In this document: positions 22,548-32,239 of the stretch, one piece after another | Numbering within the stretch: the stretch's first letter is position 1 | How the letters are laid out: the number at the start of each line of letters is the position of its first letter | Assembly (NCBI GenBank): GCA_963788655.1 | Contig: CAWBHS010000059.1 | Span: forward strand, 96,001-160,000 | Source of the DNA: an uncultured Verrucomicrobiae bacterium | GTDB lineage: Bacteria; Verrucomicrobiota; Verrucomicrobiia; Limisphaerales; JAFGQR01 | Direction of reading: 5' to 3' | DNA length: 64,000 nt | Program-made: the position numbers and the translations under genes | The notes under the pieces: model-generated | Told to the model about the DNA's origin: nothing | The model's input: the letters and a program-made list of their open reading frames with translations, nothing else | Database searches by the model: none

Positions 22548-24260
22548 ATGCAACGACAAGCTTCCACCCAAGGTCTTTCTGTCCGACGGATCCTTCTGTT
22601 CGCCCTCTCCGCCACGTTCCTGCTAGCATGGCTGTGCCCATTACTCGCTCAGGCAGCCGAATTTCGCCGGCTGCCGATCAAGGAATATCGCGACAAAATG
22701 AAGGGCGGCTGGATCGGCCAAATTGCCGGCGTGTCGTGGGGTGCGCCCACCGAGTTCAAATGGCGCGACCAAATCATTCCCGCGGACAAGATGCCCCAAT
22801 GGACGCCGGACATGATCAATCATGCCTTCGGCCAGGATGATCTTTACGTGGAAATGACCTTCCTGCGCTCGCTCGAACAATACGGCATCGACGTGCCCAT
22901 CCGGCAGGCGGGGATCGATTTTGCGAATAGTGGTTATCCCTTGTGGTGCGCCAACAACGCCGGTCGCAGCAACCTTCGCAAGGGCATTGCCCCGCCGGAT
23001 TCGAGCCATCCGCAGTTCAACAAATGTCCGAACGACATCGATTACCAGATCGAAGCGGATTACTCGGGACTGATTGCGCCGGGCATGCCGCAAGCAGCGA
23101 TTGACCTGGGCGAAAAGTTTGGCCGGCTGATGAATTACGGCGACGGCGTGTATGCCGGTCAATTCATGGGCGCCATGTACGCCGAAGCGTTTTTCGAAAC
23201 GGACCCGGTCAAGCTGGCCGAGGCGGGCCTGCGCGCCATTCCCGCCGAAAGCCAATACGCCGAGATGGTGCGGGACATGATCGCCTGGTACCACGCCGAT
23301 CCGAACGACTGGCAGAAATGCTGGCAAAAATGTGAGCAGAAATATCGGAACAACCCCGCCTACCAGAAAGCGTCCAACGGCGGCATCGACTGCAAAATCA
23401 ACGGCGCCTATGTCCTCATGGGATTGCTGTTCGGTCAGCGCGATCTGGACCAGACGATTCTGATTTCCTGCCGCTCGGGGATGGATTCGGATTGCAATCC
23501 CTCGAGTTCCGGCGGCGTGCTGTTCACGACCATCGGTTATGCAAAACTGCCGGCGCGCTTCAACACCGGTCTCGACGAGCAGAAGGAATTCAGTCACACC
23601 GCCTACAACTTTCCGCGGTTGCTGGATGTGTGTGAGAAACTGGCCCGCCAGTTCCTGGCGCGCTACGGCGGACGAGTGGAAACAGACGCCAACGGCGAGG
23701 AAGTGTTTGTCATTCCCGTGCGCCAGCCCAAGCCGAGCAAATTGGAACTGAGTTGGGCGCCCGGACGAATCGCCAATAGCCGGTTCACCCCCGCCGAGAT
23801 GGCGCAGATCACCGCAGGCAACCTCCCGCGGAACATGGCCAAAGCCGTGGAGAAGCTCGCGCCTGGCTGGACGATCAAGAATTGCGGTTCGGATATGGAC
23901 CCGGGGCTGCGAGCCGAATGGGCTGGCAAGAAGAACGTTTTGGTCACGCATCCGCTCGACCAGCAAACCGGCTGTGTGTTGTCCCGGACGGTGAAAATTC
24001 CCGCCGGCAAGCAGACTACGTTGAACCTGGTGGTCGGCCATGATCCCCAAGGCGACTTTGATCTGATCGTCCGCGCCGATGGTAAGCCATTACTTCGCAA
24101 GGCGGTCAGCGCCAAGACGGCCACCGCCCATTGGCTGACAGAGTCGATAGCCCTTTCACAATTCGCCGGAAAGACCGTGAAACTCGAGCTGGTCAACCAA
24201 CCCACCGGGTGGTCCTACGAAGCTGCCTATTGGGCGTCCATCGATTTGCGCAACCAGTAG
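22548..24260 (+). CDS. Exported ADP-ribosylglycohydrolase-family protein with extra C-terminal domain
   Basis: DKMKGGWIGQIAGVSWGAPTEF, QDDLY, GMDSDCN; signal peptide ending LAQA. Confidence 0.82.
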   Translation: MQRQASTQGLSVRRILLFALSATFLLAWLCPLLAQAAEFRRLPIKEYRDKMKGGWIGQIAGVSWGAPTEFKWRDQIIPADKMPQWTPDMINHAFGQDDLYVEMTFLRSLEQYGIDVPIRQAGIDFANSGYPLWCANNAGRSNLRKGIAPPDSSHPQFNKCPNDIDYQIEADYSGLIAPGMPQAAIDLGEKFGRLMNYGDGVYAGQFMGAMYAEAFFETDPVKLAEAGLRAIPAESQYAEMVRDMIAWYHADPNDWQKCWQKCEQKYRNNPAYQKASNGGIDCKINGAYVLMGLLFGQRDLDQTILISCRSGMDSDCNPSSSGGVLFTTIGYAKLPARFNTGLDEQKEFSHTAYNFPRLLDVCEKLARQFLARYGGRVETDANGEEVFVIPVRQPKPSKLELSWAPGRIANSRFTPAEMAQITAGNLPRNMAKAVEKLAPGWTIKNCGSDMDPGLRAEWAGKKNVLVTHPLDQQTGCVLSRTVKIPAGKQTTLNLVVGHDPQGDFDLIVRADGKPLLRKAVSAKTATAHWLTESIALSQFAGKTVKLELVNQPTGWSYEAAYWASIDLRNQ

Positions 24261-24686
24261 CATAGCCATCCCGACTGTCCCGAATGACCGAAAAGCGTGC
24301 GCGAACTTTGCAAGTCCTCGGATGATTGAATGTCTGCAGGACAGTTCAAGCCGTGCAAGCTTGTATGCTTGCTTCTTCTTTGCACGCGCCCGTTCCAACG
24401 AAAGCGGGAGCAAGCTCCACGCACTCCAAACGCTGCGCGATTTCCAATGCCAGTTCGATCCTCGCGCCAGCGTTTGGAGTGCGCCCGGCTTGCCGGCGCT
24501 TTCGCATGGGGAAAGGCGATCAAATTCTTGTGGGGGTAGCCCTCTGCTGGGCACATGTGTAGTTTCGGGAACAGTAGCACAAAGCCAAGGATCGTTGCCT
24601 CCAACGTAGGATAGCCGTCTCGGCTGTCCCGAATGGCCGGAGACCGTCCTTTGGCACTTCGTGTCAGGCGGGAAGCTCGGTCCTAC
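24257..24686. repeat. Mosaic REP cluster: GTAG-type copies at 24257, 24606 and 24662-24686 (reverse), GGAG-type doublet at 24401-24502
   Basis: GTAGCATAGCCATCCCGACTGTCCCGAATG; GTAGGATAGCCGTCTCGGCTGTCCCGAATG; AAAGCGGGAGCAAGCTCCACGCACTCCAAACGCTG...CAGCGTTTGGAGTGCGCCCGGCTTGCCGGCGCTTT. Confidence 0.7.
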
Positions 24687-24767
24687 AGCCGCCACAAATT
24701 GGCTTTGCCCGCACGCCAAACTGCGCTAATCCTTTTGAAATAACCGCAGTGAAATGCCCGCACAACC

Positions 24768-26768
24768 ATGAACTCAGACATGTCGCAACTAAGCCAATTC
24801 CTGACCCTCTCCCTGCTCGGGATGTTGACCCTCACCCTCCACGCCGACACGCAAAGCTGGACGGTCGAGTCGCCCAATGGCCGCATCAAGTTCACCGCCC
24901 AATTGGCTGATCTTGGCGGCACCGCCGATTACCCGGCCGGCGAAGTGCGTTTGTATTACCGGGTCGAACAGGGTTCTGAGAAAGCGCGAACGGTGGTCAT
25001 TCACAATTCGCCGCTCGGCCTGTCGCTCAAAGGCCAAAGCTTTCTTGCAGGACTTCGTTTTGAATTGGCCAAGGGCCCGGTGCGCATCGAAGACGACTAC
25101 ACCATGACGCGCGGCAAACGCCGCCACCCGCACAACACCGCCAACGAGTTGACGCTGCGGTTTCGCAATCCGGACGGGGCCGTCCTCGAGTTGGACGTGC
25201 GCGCTTACAACGACGGCGTGGCGTTTCGCTATCGGCTGCCGGATCGCGATGAGGCGACGCATACGTTGGAAGCCGAAGCGACCGGCTTCGCGTTGCCGAT
25301 GGACGCCCGGTTGTGGATGCAACCGAATGACAAGGTCTCCACCTATGCGCCGGCTTACGAGACGTATTACGAGAACGGCATTGCCGTGAACACGCCGTCG
25401 CCCACCGGCATGGGCTGGGCGTTTCCGGTTCTGTTTCGCACGGCGGACGAACAACATTGGGGATTGATCACGGAGGCCAACCTCGGCCGGAACTATTTTG
25501 GCGGCCGGCTGGCCAGCACGGCGCCGAAAGGCGTTTATCGGCTGCGCCTCCCCGATCCGGCGGAAGGCAATGACTATGGTCCGCTGGAGCCGTCCTCGAC
25601 CTTGCCGTGGGAAATGCCGTGGCGGGTCATCATTCTGGGCGATTCGCCGGGGGCCATTGTCGAATCCACATTGGTGACCGACGTGAGCGCACAGTCCACG
25701 GTGAAGGATACGAGTTGGATTCATCCGGGCCGGGTGACTTGGAGTTGGTGGTCCGATCAGCCCAGTCCGCGCGACGGGGAAAAGCAGAAACGGTTTGTCG
25801 ATTTCGCCGCCGAGATGGGCTGGGAATACATCCTCGTGGACGCCAATTGGACGATTATGGACCACGGGACCATTCACGACGTGATCCGTTACGCCAAAAG
25901 CAAGGGCGTGGGCGTGTTGCTGTGGTACAACTCCGGCGGCCCGCACAACGTCGTCACCGAGAAGCCCCGCGGCAACATGTTCTTCCGCGAGGTGCGCCGG
26001 GCTGAATTCAAGATGCTCAAGGATTGGGGTGTGAAAGGCGTTAAGGTGGATTTCTTTCAGAGCGACAAGCCGGACATCATCGCGTTGTATCAGGACATTC
26101 TCAAGGATGCGGCTGATTTCCAAATCATGGTCAATTTTCACGGCTGCACGCTGCCGCGCGGGTGGAGTCGGACCTATCCGCACCTGATGTCGATGGAAGC
26201 GGTGCGGGGCGAGGAATGCTACATCTTCGATTCGCAATATCCGGACCGCGCGCCCGTGCAAAGCACTATCACACCCTTCACACGGAATGCCGTCGGGCCG
26301 ATGGATTACACACCCATGGGACTGTCCAATAACCGCTATCCGCACAAGACCACGTACGCCCATGAACTGGCGTTGACCGTGCTCTTCGAAACCGGCTGGC
26401 TTCACTTTGCCGATGATCCGGATTCGTATCGCAAGCTGCCGGATGCACCCAAGGATTTCATCAAGCACCTGCCGGCCACTTGGGACGACACGCGCTTTGT
26501 GGCCGGTTACCCTGGGAAAAACGTCGTGCTCGCCCGCCGGCATGATGACACCTGGTATGTGGCCGGGATCAATGGCCAGAACGAGCCGCAAACGCAAACG
26601 CTGGATTTGAGCAAAATTCTCGGACCGGGGAACTATCAGATGACGCTGATCACTGACGGCAACGATGCCAAACATTTTGCCAGCGACACGCGGCGCTTGG
26701 CCGCGAATGAGCCTCTGAAAGTGAAACTGCTTCCCTATGGCGGCTTTGTGGCAACGTTTGCGCGTTGA
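24768..26768 (+). CDS. Glycoside hydrolase family 97 protein, secreted
   Basis: RAYNDGVAFRY, WIHPGRVTWSWW, GVKGVKVDFF, NFHGCTLPRGWSRTYP, FTRNAVGPMDYTP. Confidence 0.93.
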   Translation: MNSDMSQLSQFLTLSLLGMLTLTLHADTQSWTVESPNGRIKFTAQLADLGGTADYPAGEVRLYYRVEQGSEKARTVVIHNSPLGLSLKGQSFLAGLRFELAKGPVRIEDDYTMTRGKRRHPHNTANELTLRFRNPDGAVLELDVRAYNDGVAFRYRLPDRDEATHTLEAEATGFALPMDARLWMQPNDKVSTYAPAYETYYENGIAVNTPSPTGMGWAFPVLFRTADEQHWGLITEANLGRNYFGGRLASTAPKGVYRLRLPDPAEGNDYGPLEPSSTLPWEMPWRVIILGDSPGAIVESTLVTDVSAQSTVKDTSWIHPGRVTWSWWSDQPSPRDGEKQKRFVDFAAEMGWEYILVDANWTIMDHGTIHDVIRYAKSKGVGVLLWYNSGGPHNVVTEKPRGNMFFREVRRAEFKMLKDWGVKGVKVDFFQSDKPDIIALYQDILKDAADFQIMVNFHGCTLPRGWSRTYPHLMSMEAVRGEECYIFDSQYPDRAPVQSTITPFTRNAVGPMDYTPMGLSNNRYPHKTTYAHELALTVLFETGWLHFADDPDSYRKLPDAPKDFIKHLPATWDDTRFVAGYPGKNVVLARRHDDTWYVAGINGQNEPQTQTLDLSKILGPGNYQMTLITDGNDAKHFASDTRRLAANEPLKVKLLPYGGFVATFAR

Positions 26769-26830
26769 GTTCAAAACGAACCATGAATGCACTCAAAAAT
26801 TCCTAATTGGGTCGAAATGCCCAGACGCTT

Positions 26831-28003
26831 ATGAAGATTCGTCTTTCGTTTTTCCTTGTCCTCGCCAGCGGAATGTTGACCGGCTGCCTATACGTCAACG
26901 ATTCGCGTAGTCACGGCTATTCGAGCGCTGATTACAAAGCGGTCACGAATATCACGCAGTCCGGCGTGGTTCCCGCGGACGTGAAACGCTTGGAAGTCGA
27001 TAACCGTTTCGGCCACGTTTACGTCACGGGAATTGACAACGGTCCCGGCGACTGGTCATGGACCTTAAATGTGCGGGCGCTGAACGACACTCTGGCGCAA
27101 GAAGCGGTTGAGGCCGCGAGTTGTTCGGTCGTGCAAACCGGCAGCCGCTTGCGCCTGGTGGTGACGCTGCCCGATACCGACGGCAAACAGATCTTTCAAT
27201 CGGACCTCGAAATTCGCGCTCCCAAGTCAGCCGCTGTCCACACGCAAAACCGGTTTGGCCGGACGCAAATTGCCAACTTCGAGGGTGACGTGGAAGCCAC
27301 CGGACAACATGGCGCCATGGATCTGACAACCATCGGCGGCAGCGTGCAGGCGCAAACGTCTTTCGGCACATTGAACGTCAACAGCACCGGTTCGGCCACA
27401 CTTTGCAATCACCATGGCGAGATTGAGGCGCTTGAAGTGCATGGCCCCTTGGATGCGGAAACCAGTTTTGCGAAGGTGGCCGCCCGCAACATATTCGGCC
27501 CTATCGCGGTACGAAACCAGCACGGGCCCGTGGAAGTTGCCAATGTTGGAGGGCATGCCAACCTGAGCACCTCATTCGCAGGGCTGAAGGCAGAGGGGAT
27601 CGAAGGCGACGCGGAATTAACCAATCAGCATGGCCGAGTGGCGGCAAAGGGCGTCACCGGTTCCATTCGGGCAAGCACCTCTTTCGAAACGATCGACATT
27701 ACGGCAGGCGGTTCCGATTTCACTTGCCGCAATCAACACGGTTCCATCCGCCTGCAAGCAACTTCCCCGACGCTGAAAATGATCGAAGCCAACACGAGTT
27801 TCGGTTCGCTGGAAGTGCGTTTGCCGGCGAGCCTGAAACCTGCCATTCAGGCGCGCACCAGTTTTGCCAACATCGAATCCGATTTCCCAGTGCTAATGAA
27901 ACCACGTGGCGAAGACCCGTTTGCCAACGCGGCACCCGACACCCCGCGAATCACACTCCAAAACGACCATGGAAAAATCCGCGTGATCTGCGAGCAGGAA
28001 TAG
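26831..28003 (+). CDS. Lipoprotein with DUF4097-type beta-strand repeats
   Basis: Lipobox LTGC; alternating TSFG and NQHG repeats. Confidence 0.8.
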   Translation: MKIRLSFFLVLASGMLTGCLYVNDSRSHGYSSADYKAVTNITQSGVVPADVKRLEVDNRFGHVYVTGIDNGPGDWSWTLNVRALNDTLAQEAVEAASCSVVQTGSRLRLVVTLPDTDGKQIFQSDLEIRAPKSAAVHTQNRFGRTQIANFEGDVEATGQHGAMDLTTIGGSVQAQTSFGTLNVNSTGSATLCNHHGEIEALEVHGPLDAETSFAKVAARNIFGPIAVRNQHGPVEVANVGGHANLSTSFAGLKAEGIEGDAELTNQHGRVAAKGVTGSIRASTSFETIDITAGGSDFTCRNQHGSIRLQATSPTLKMIEANTSFGSLEVRLPASLKPAIQARTSFANIESDFPVLMKPRGEDPFANAAPDTPRITLQNDHGKIRVICEQE

Positions 28004-28045
28004 ACTCGCCCGAGACAACCGAATCCTGAGTGAGAAGGACGGACT

Positions 28046-30403
28046 TCAGCGAAGCCCCGCTCTGGGGAATCGCCACAACAACGCCGGCAACAACACCAAC
28101 ACCGCAATCAACGCGCCGGCGAAGGCCACGGCGCACAGCACGCCGAAATGCACTACGGGCGGAAATGAAGAAAGTGCAAACAGCGAAAAAATGGCGATCA
28201 ACGCCGCACTGGTGGCGATGATCGGACGCCCTTTCACCCGGAACGTGGCCGACAAGGCTTCCGGCGACGCCAAACCGCGGGCCCGCGCCTCGCGCCAATA
28301 GGTCACGAAATGCACGGAATCGTCCACGGCGATTCCCAGCGCAATCGCCGCCACCATGACGGTGATCGAGTTTAAGGGTAACGTCGCAAAGCCGGCGACG
28401 GCCATCACCAGGCCGACCGGAATGGCATTGGTCAGCAACGCAAACAAGGCCAGCACCGGTGAGCGCCACAACAAGGCCAACACCAGACCGATCACCACGG
28501 CGGCCACGCCAGCCGTTTGCACCTGGCTTCGCACGATACGGCGGTCGGCTTCGAGAATCGAGTGAATGCCCGCGGTGGCCGAGACTTTTACCGCTGGCGG
28601 CTTGTTGGTCTTGGCAAAATCGACCACTTTGTGCAGCAAGTTCAGGTAACGTTCGGCGGGCATGTCGCGCGTGCGCATGACCAAGTAGGCCGTGCGCAAG
28701 GTTGGATCGGCCAGCGCGGTCAGGAAGGGGTAATCTTGTGACTGCAACGCCAGCGCAAAGAAGTTCAACAGGAGCGGATTCTTGGGCAGCGTCATGGCCT
28801 CCGGTTGGCCGCCTTCCCAGATTTGGTTCATCATCGCCATCAACTGCGCGTACGAATAAACGCCGGATACTTCGGAACGCGCCTCGGCGTAACGTTGAAC
28901 CCGGTCGATGTAACGCAGGAACTCCGGGTTGTTGACTCCGCCCTTCGCGCCGGAATCGAACTCAATTTGCACCACATTGATACCGCCATAGATTTGGTCC
29001 AGCATTTCCGCGGCGCGGCGCGTGGGACTGTGCGGGTTCAAGAACTCCACCGCCCGGATGTCCGTTCGAATGCGCCGGACGCCGAAGATCCCGGCGACTA
29101 CCGCCAGGAGCGCCACCACCATGATAACCTTGGCCTGCCCGCCGATGAAGCACGTCAACCGGCCCGGCCAACCTGAACGCCAATCGACCGGCGACACCGG
29201 AGGCTGGGCGCCCGGTTTTGCTGCGGTGGGCAACGCCGGAAGGTAGGGTGCGGCCAGTTGCATCAAAGCGAGACCCGGCCCGAACGTCATAAAGAAGACC
29301 AATGCGAGCCCCAATGATCCGAGCAGACCAAATTCCTGAACCTGACGAACCTCGCTCAGCATCAGCGAACCCAATCCAGCCACGGTGGTAATGGCCGCAA
29401 AAGCGCAGGACTTGAAGACCTGGTGCAACATCAGTTCAATGGCGGCCCGGCCCGTGGCGCCTTCACCCAGCGCCCGTTGAAATGCGGTATAAACGTGCGC
29501 CAGCAAGGTCAGATGGACTCCCGTCAGCAACGGCAGCAACATCACGGAAAATACCGTCAGCGAAAAGCCAAGTCCTTGGACCAACCCCGGCAACATCAAC
29601 AGCACGACCGCTTGGTTGGCCAGTACCAGAACCAGGTAGCGCCAGGATCGAAACGTGAACCACAGAATGATTGCCAGCAAGCTCAGCGCCGCTGGGAACA
29701 TGAGCTTCACATCCGAACGCAACGTGGCGCGGACTTCTTCTTCCACCAGCGGCAAGGCCAGCATTTGGAACCGCAAGCCTTCCTGGCGGAATGGACGCAG
29801 CACGCGGTCAATCTCCTGCCGCCAGGCTCGCTGCCGGGCGGGCGTGTCCAGGTCCCGCTGATACGTCACCAGAATGATCGTGTGCTTCGAATCCCCCGCC
29901 ACCATCAAATTGCGCACGAGCGGATGCGTCAGCGAAAATGTCTTCAGCTTCTTGAGTTTCTCGGCGGACAGTGGTTTTTCCGGGACGAACGGCACCATGT
30001 CAAAAGACAAGCCATGCCGCACCGGTATCGAGGAGTGCGTGAGGCTTTTCACGTCCGTCACGTCCGGTTCCTGCACGAAGGCATTGCTGACCCGGCGCAC
30101 GGCGTCGAGGCCGGACGGCGAAAACACCTCTGGCACCTCCAGGCTCAGGACCAGGACCTCGACGTTGGTCAGCATCTGCCGGACTTTTTCATAACTCTCG
30201 AGGTTTCGCCGATCGCCGGCGAGCAAGACGCGCAGTTCTGAGCTGACGCGAAACCGGGCCAGTTGCCAGAGCAAAGGCAGACAGAGCACCGCCGCGACGA
30301 TTAATGAAGTCCGCGGAAATCGCAGAAATGGATTCCATCGATGGATTGCCACTGTGGGGCAGGTGTACCGAATGCTTGGCGGCTTGTCAGTCCTGAAAGT
30401 CAA
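28046..30403 (-). CDS. MMPL/RND family transporter
   Basis: Two large loops and about 12 TM helices; IALGIAVDDSVHF, GRPIIATS. Start uncertain (GTG near 30352 possible). Confidence 0.88.
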   Translation of the reverse strand: MTFRTDKPPSIRYTCPTVAIHRWNPFLRFPRTSLIVAAVLCLPLLWQLARFRVSSELRVLLAGDRRNLESYEKVRQMLTNVEVLVLSLEVPEVFSPSGLDAVRRVSNAFVQEPDVTDVKSLTHSSIPVRHGLSFDMVPFVPEKPLSAEKLKKLKTFSLTHPLVRNLMVAGDSKHTIILVTYQRDLDTPARQRAWRQEIDRVLRPFRQEGLRFQMLALPLVEEEVRATLRSDVKLMFPAALSLLAIILWFTFRSWRYLVLVLANQAVVLLMLPGLVQGLGFSLTVFSVMLLPLLTGVHLTLLAHVYTAFQRALGEGATGRAAIELMLHQVFKSCAFAAITTVAGLGSLMLSEVRQVQEFGLLGSLGLALVFFMTFGPGLALMQLAAPYLPALPTAAKPGAQPPVSPVDWRSGWPGRLTCFIGGQAKVIMVVALLAVVAGIFGVRRIRTDIRAVEFLNPHSPTRRAAEMLDQIYGGINVVQIEFDSGAKGGVNNPEFLRYIDRVQRYAEARSEVSGVYSYAQLMAMMNQIWEGGQPEAMTLPKNPLLLNFFALALQSQDYPFLTALADPTLRTAYLVMRTRDMPAERYLNLLHKVVDFAKTNKPPAVKVSATAGIHSILEADRRIVRSQVQTAGVAAVVIGLVLALLWRSPVLALFALLTNAIPVGLVMAVAGFATLPLNSITVMVAAIALGIAVDDSVHFVTYWREARARGLASPEALSATFRVKGRPIIATSAALIAIFSLFALSSFPPVVHFGVLCAVAFAGALIAVLVLLPALLWRFPRAGLR

Positions 30404-30505
30404 TCAGGACCTCCGTGCCCTTACTCAGGATGCGCGGCGGAAAAATGATTTCGGTTTCCTGGAATTGGCGGCCATTTGTAGGTAGAAACTGAATAAGACT
30501 GAACC

Positions 30506-32239
30506 ATGACTGATGCCTGTTGGTTGGAGAAGTATTTGGAAGACGGCTCGGAAGCCGCCTTTCGCTCCGTGGTCGAGCGACATTTGGACCTGGTCTATGC
30601 GACAGCCTTTCGGCGCCTGGGCAATCAGACATTGGCAAAAGAAGCGGCGCAGGAGGTGTTCATCATGCTGGCACGGAAAGCCGGCACGCTGCGCGGGCGT
30701 GCCGATTTGTCGGGTTGGCTCTACAAAACCGCCTTGTTCAAGGCCAGGGAAATTGCTCGTGAGGAAGGGCGACGGGCCCGCCGCGAATCGCAAGCGATTT
30801 CGTTGGGCACCACCATGAAAGACGACGACTCACTCCTGAAATCGCTGGCCGGAGATTTGGACGAGGCGATGCTCGCCCTCCGGGAAAAGGACCGCCAAGC
30901 GCTGCTGCTCCGTTATTTCGAAGACAAAAGTCTCCGGGAGGTCGGCGAAGCTCTGGGCGTCGGCGAAGACGCCGCGCAAAAGCGGGTCGCGACCGCGCTG
31001 GAATCGCTGGCGCGGTCCTTTCGCAAGCAAGGCTATGCAGTGGGTGGTGTCGGCGCCCTCGCCACCGTCATGCGGGGTGCGATACAGGCCGCTCCTTCGG
31101 GATGGCTTGCGGTTATTTCCCAGACCGCCGTTAAGGAGGCCGTGGTCGGCGCCTCACTCGTCGGCGTGGGTGCGTTGCTCACCAAGCTGATGAGTTTCAT
31201 CAAGGCGCACACGGCTGCCGTATGCCTGGCGCTCGCCGCAGTCCCGGCCCTCTGGCAATGGCAGGCGCTCGCCACGGCGCGTAATCAACAACAGGATTGG
31301 CGAAGCAGCATCGCAGCCGTCGAAACTCGCCTGGCCCAATTCGAAGCGGAAAACCAACAAGTCCAGCGCCGGCTGAACACGGCCCGTGATGTCGCGTCCC
31401 GGCTGCAAGCGGCCCTCTACCGGCGTCAATCCGGTCTTGCCAATCCGTATGTCGCGGCCACCGATAGCGATCTTTATCGTTGGTCTGAACAGTCGGAGTA
31501 TGTGCGGGTGCCCAAAGCGGTCCTGGCCAAGATCGCATTGGTTGCAGTCCCACAAACGCCCAAGTATCAAAGGTCGTGGGAGGATGCGGAACGGCCGGCC
31601 CTGACGAAAGACGGGACGATTTCGCCGACGTTGGTCGCGGCGCTCGATTTATCAACTGACCAGGTAAAGGGCTTGCAGGATTTCCTGGTGGTCTTCAAAC
31701 GGGAATTCGAAGCGACGGCGCGGAAATACAGTGTTCTCACCAACGTGAGTTCGGACGCTCTGGGGTTCCCGCACACGCTGCTCACGCAGGATTCAAGTGG
31801 CCCTCCGGGCGAGCCCAAAACTCTTTACACGGCAGCCTTTCCCGCGGAAGGCGCCGTTCTGGAGCGGCAGTTTTATGAGACGCTGGAGACTCTCCTGGGA
31901 TCGGAGCGCGCCGGCGTCTTCTGGCGTCAAGCCCAGCATGACTTGGTGTATCAGTTCAACCGCTTCGGCCAATCGCCGAAAGTCGTCACCCTGGTTCGTC
32001 TGCCTCCCGCCAAAACTCCGGATTCAGCCAACTTCTTTTCGAACAAACCCCACTACTATGTTCAGGGCCTAGTGGCTTCCAACGAAGCGGAATGGCTCGA
32101 AGGGGAAACACGCCACAGTCTCCTGTACACCAACCAACCGCCGGCCTGGGTGAACATGCAGCCGCACCGGCTATTGCCCCCGGAATTCCAAAGCTGGTGG
32201 TCGAATATTGACAATCCTCAATCCCTCAAACAGCCATGA
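30506..32239 (+). CDS. ECF sigma-70 factor with TM segment and long C-terminal extension
   Basis: Region 2 AFRSVVERHLDLVY...AQEVFIML...GWLY; region 4 LLLRYFEDKSLREVGEALGVGEDAAQKRV. Confidence 0.9.
   Translation: MTDACWLEKYLEDGSEAAFRSVVERHLDLVYATAFRRLGNQTLAKEAAQEVFIMLARKAGTLRGRADLSGWLYKTALFKAREIAREEGRRARRESQAISLGTTMKDDDSLLKSLAGDLDEAMLALREKDRQALLLRYFEDKSLREVGEALGVGEDAAQKRVATALESLARSFRKQGYAVGGVGALATVMRGAIQAAPSGWLAVISQTAVKEAVVGASLVGVGALLTKLMSFIKAHTAAVCLALAAVPALWQWQALATARNQQQDWRSSIAAVETRLAQFEAENQQVQRRLNTARDVASRLQAALYRRQSGLANPYVAATDSDLYRWSEQSEYVRVPKAVLAKIALVAVPQTPKYQRSWEDAERPALTKDGTISPTLVAALDLSTDQVKGLQDFLVVFKREFEATARKYSVLTNVSSDALGFPHTLLTQDSSGPPGEPKTLYTAAFPAEGAVLERQFYETLETLLGSERAGVFWRQAQHDLVYQFNRFGQSPKVVTLVRLPPAKTPDSANFFSNKPHYYVQGLVASNEAEWLEGETRHSLLYTNQPPAWVNMQPHRLLPPEFQSWWSNIDNPQSLKQP

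Noticed and set aside
18209..24686. CRISPR array
   Set aside because: Repeats are inverted or degenerate with no regular unique spacers, and there are no cas genes.
24789..26792. Long antisense ORFs (667 aa here; also 22641-24050, 33786-35102, 62607-63992)
   Set aside because: Shadows of GC-rich genuine genes on the opposite strand, with no recognisable motifs.
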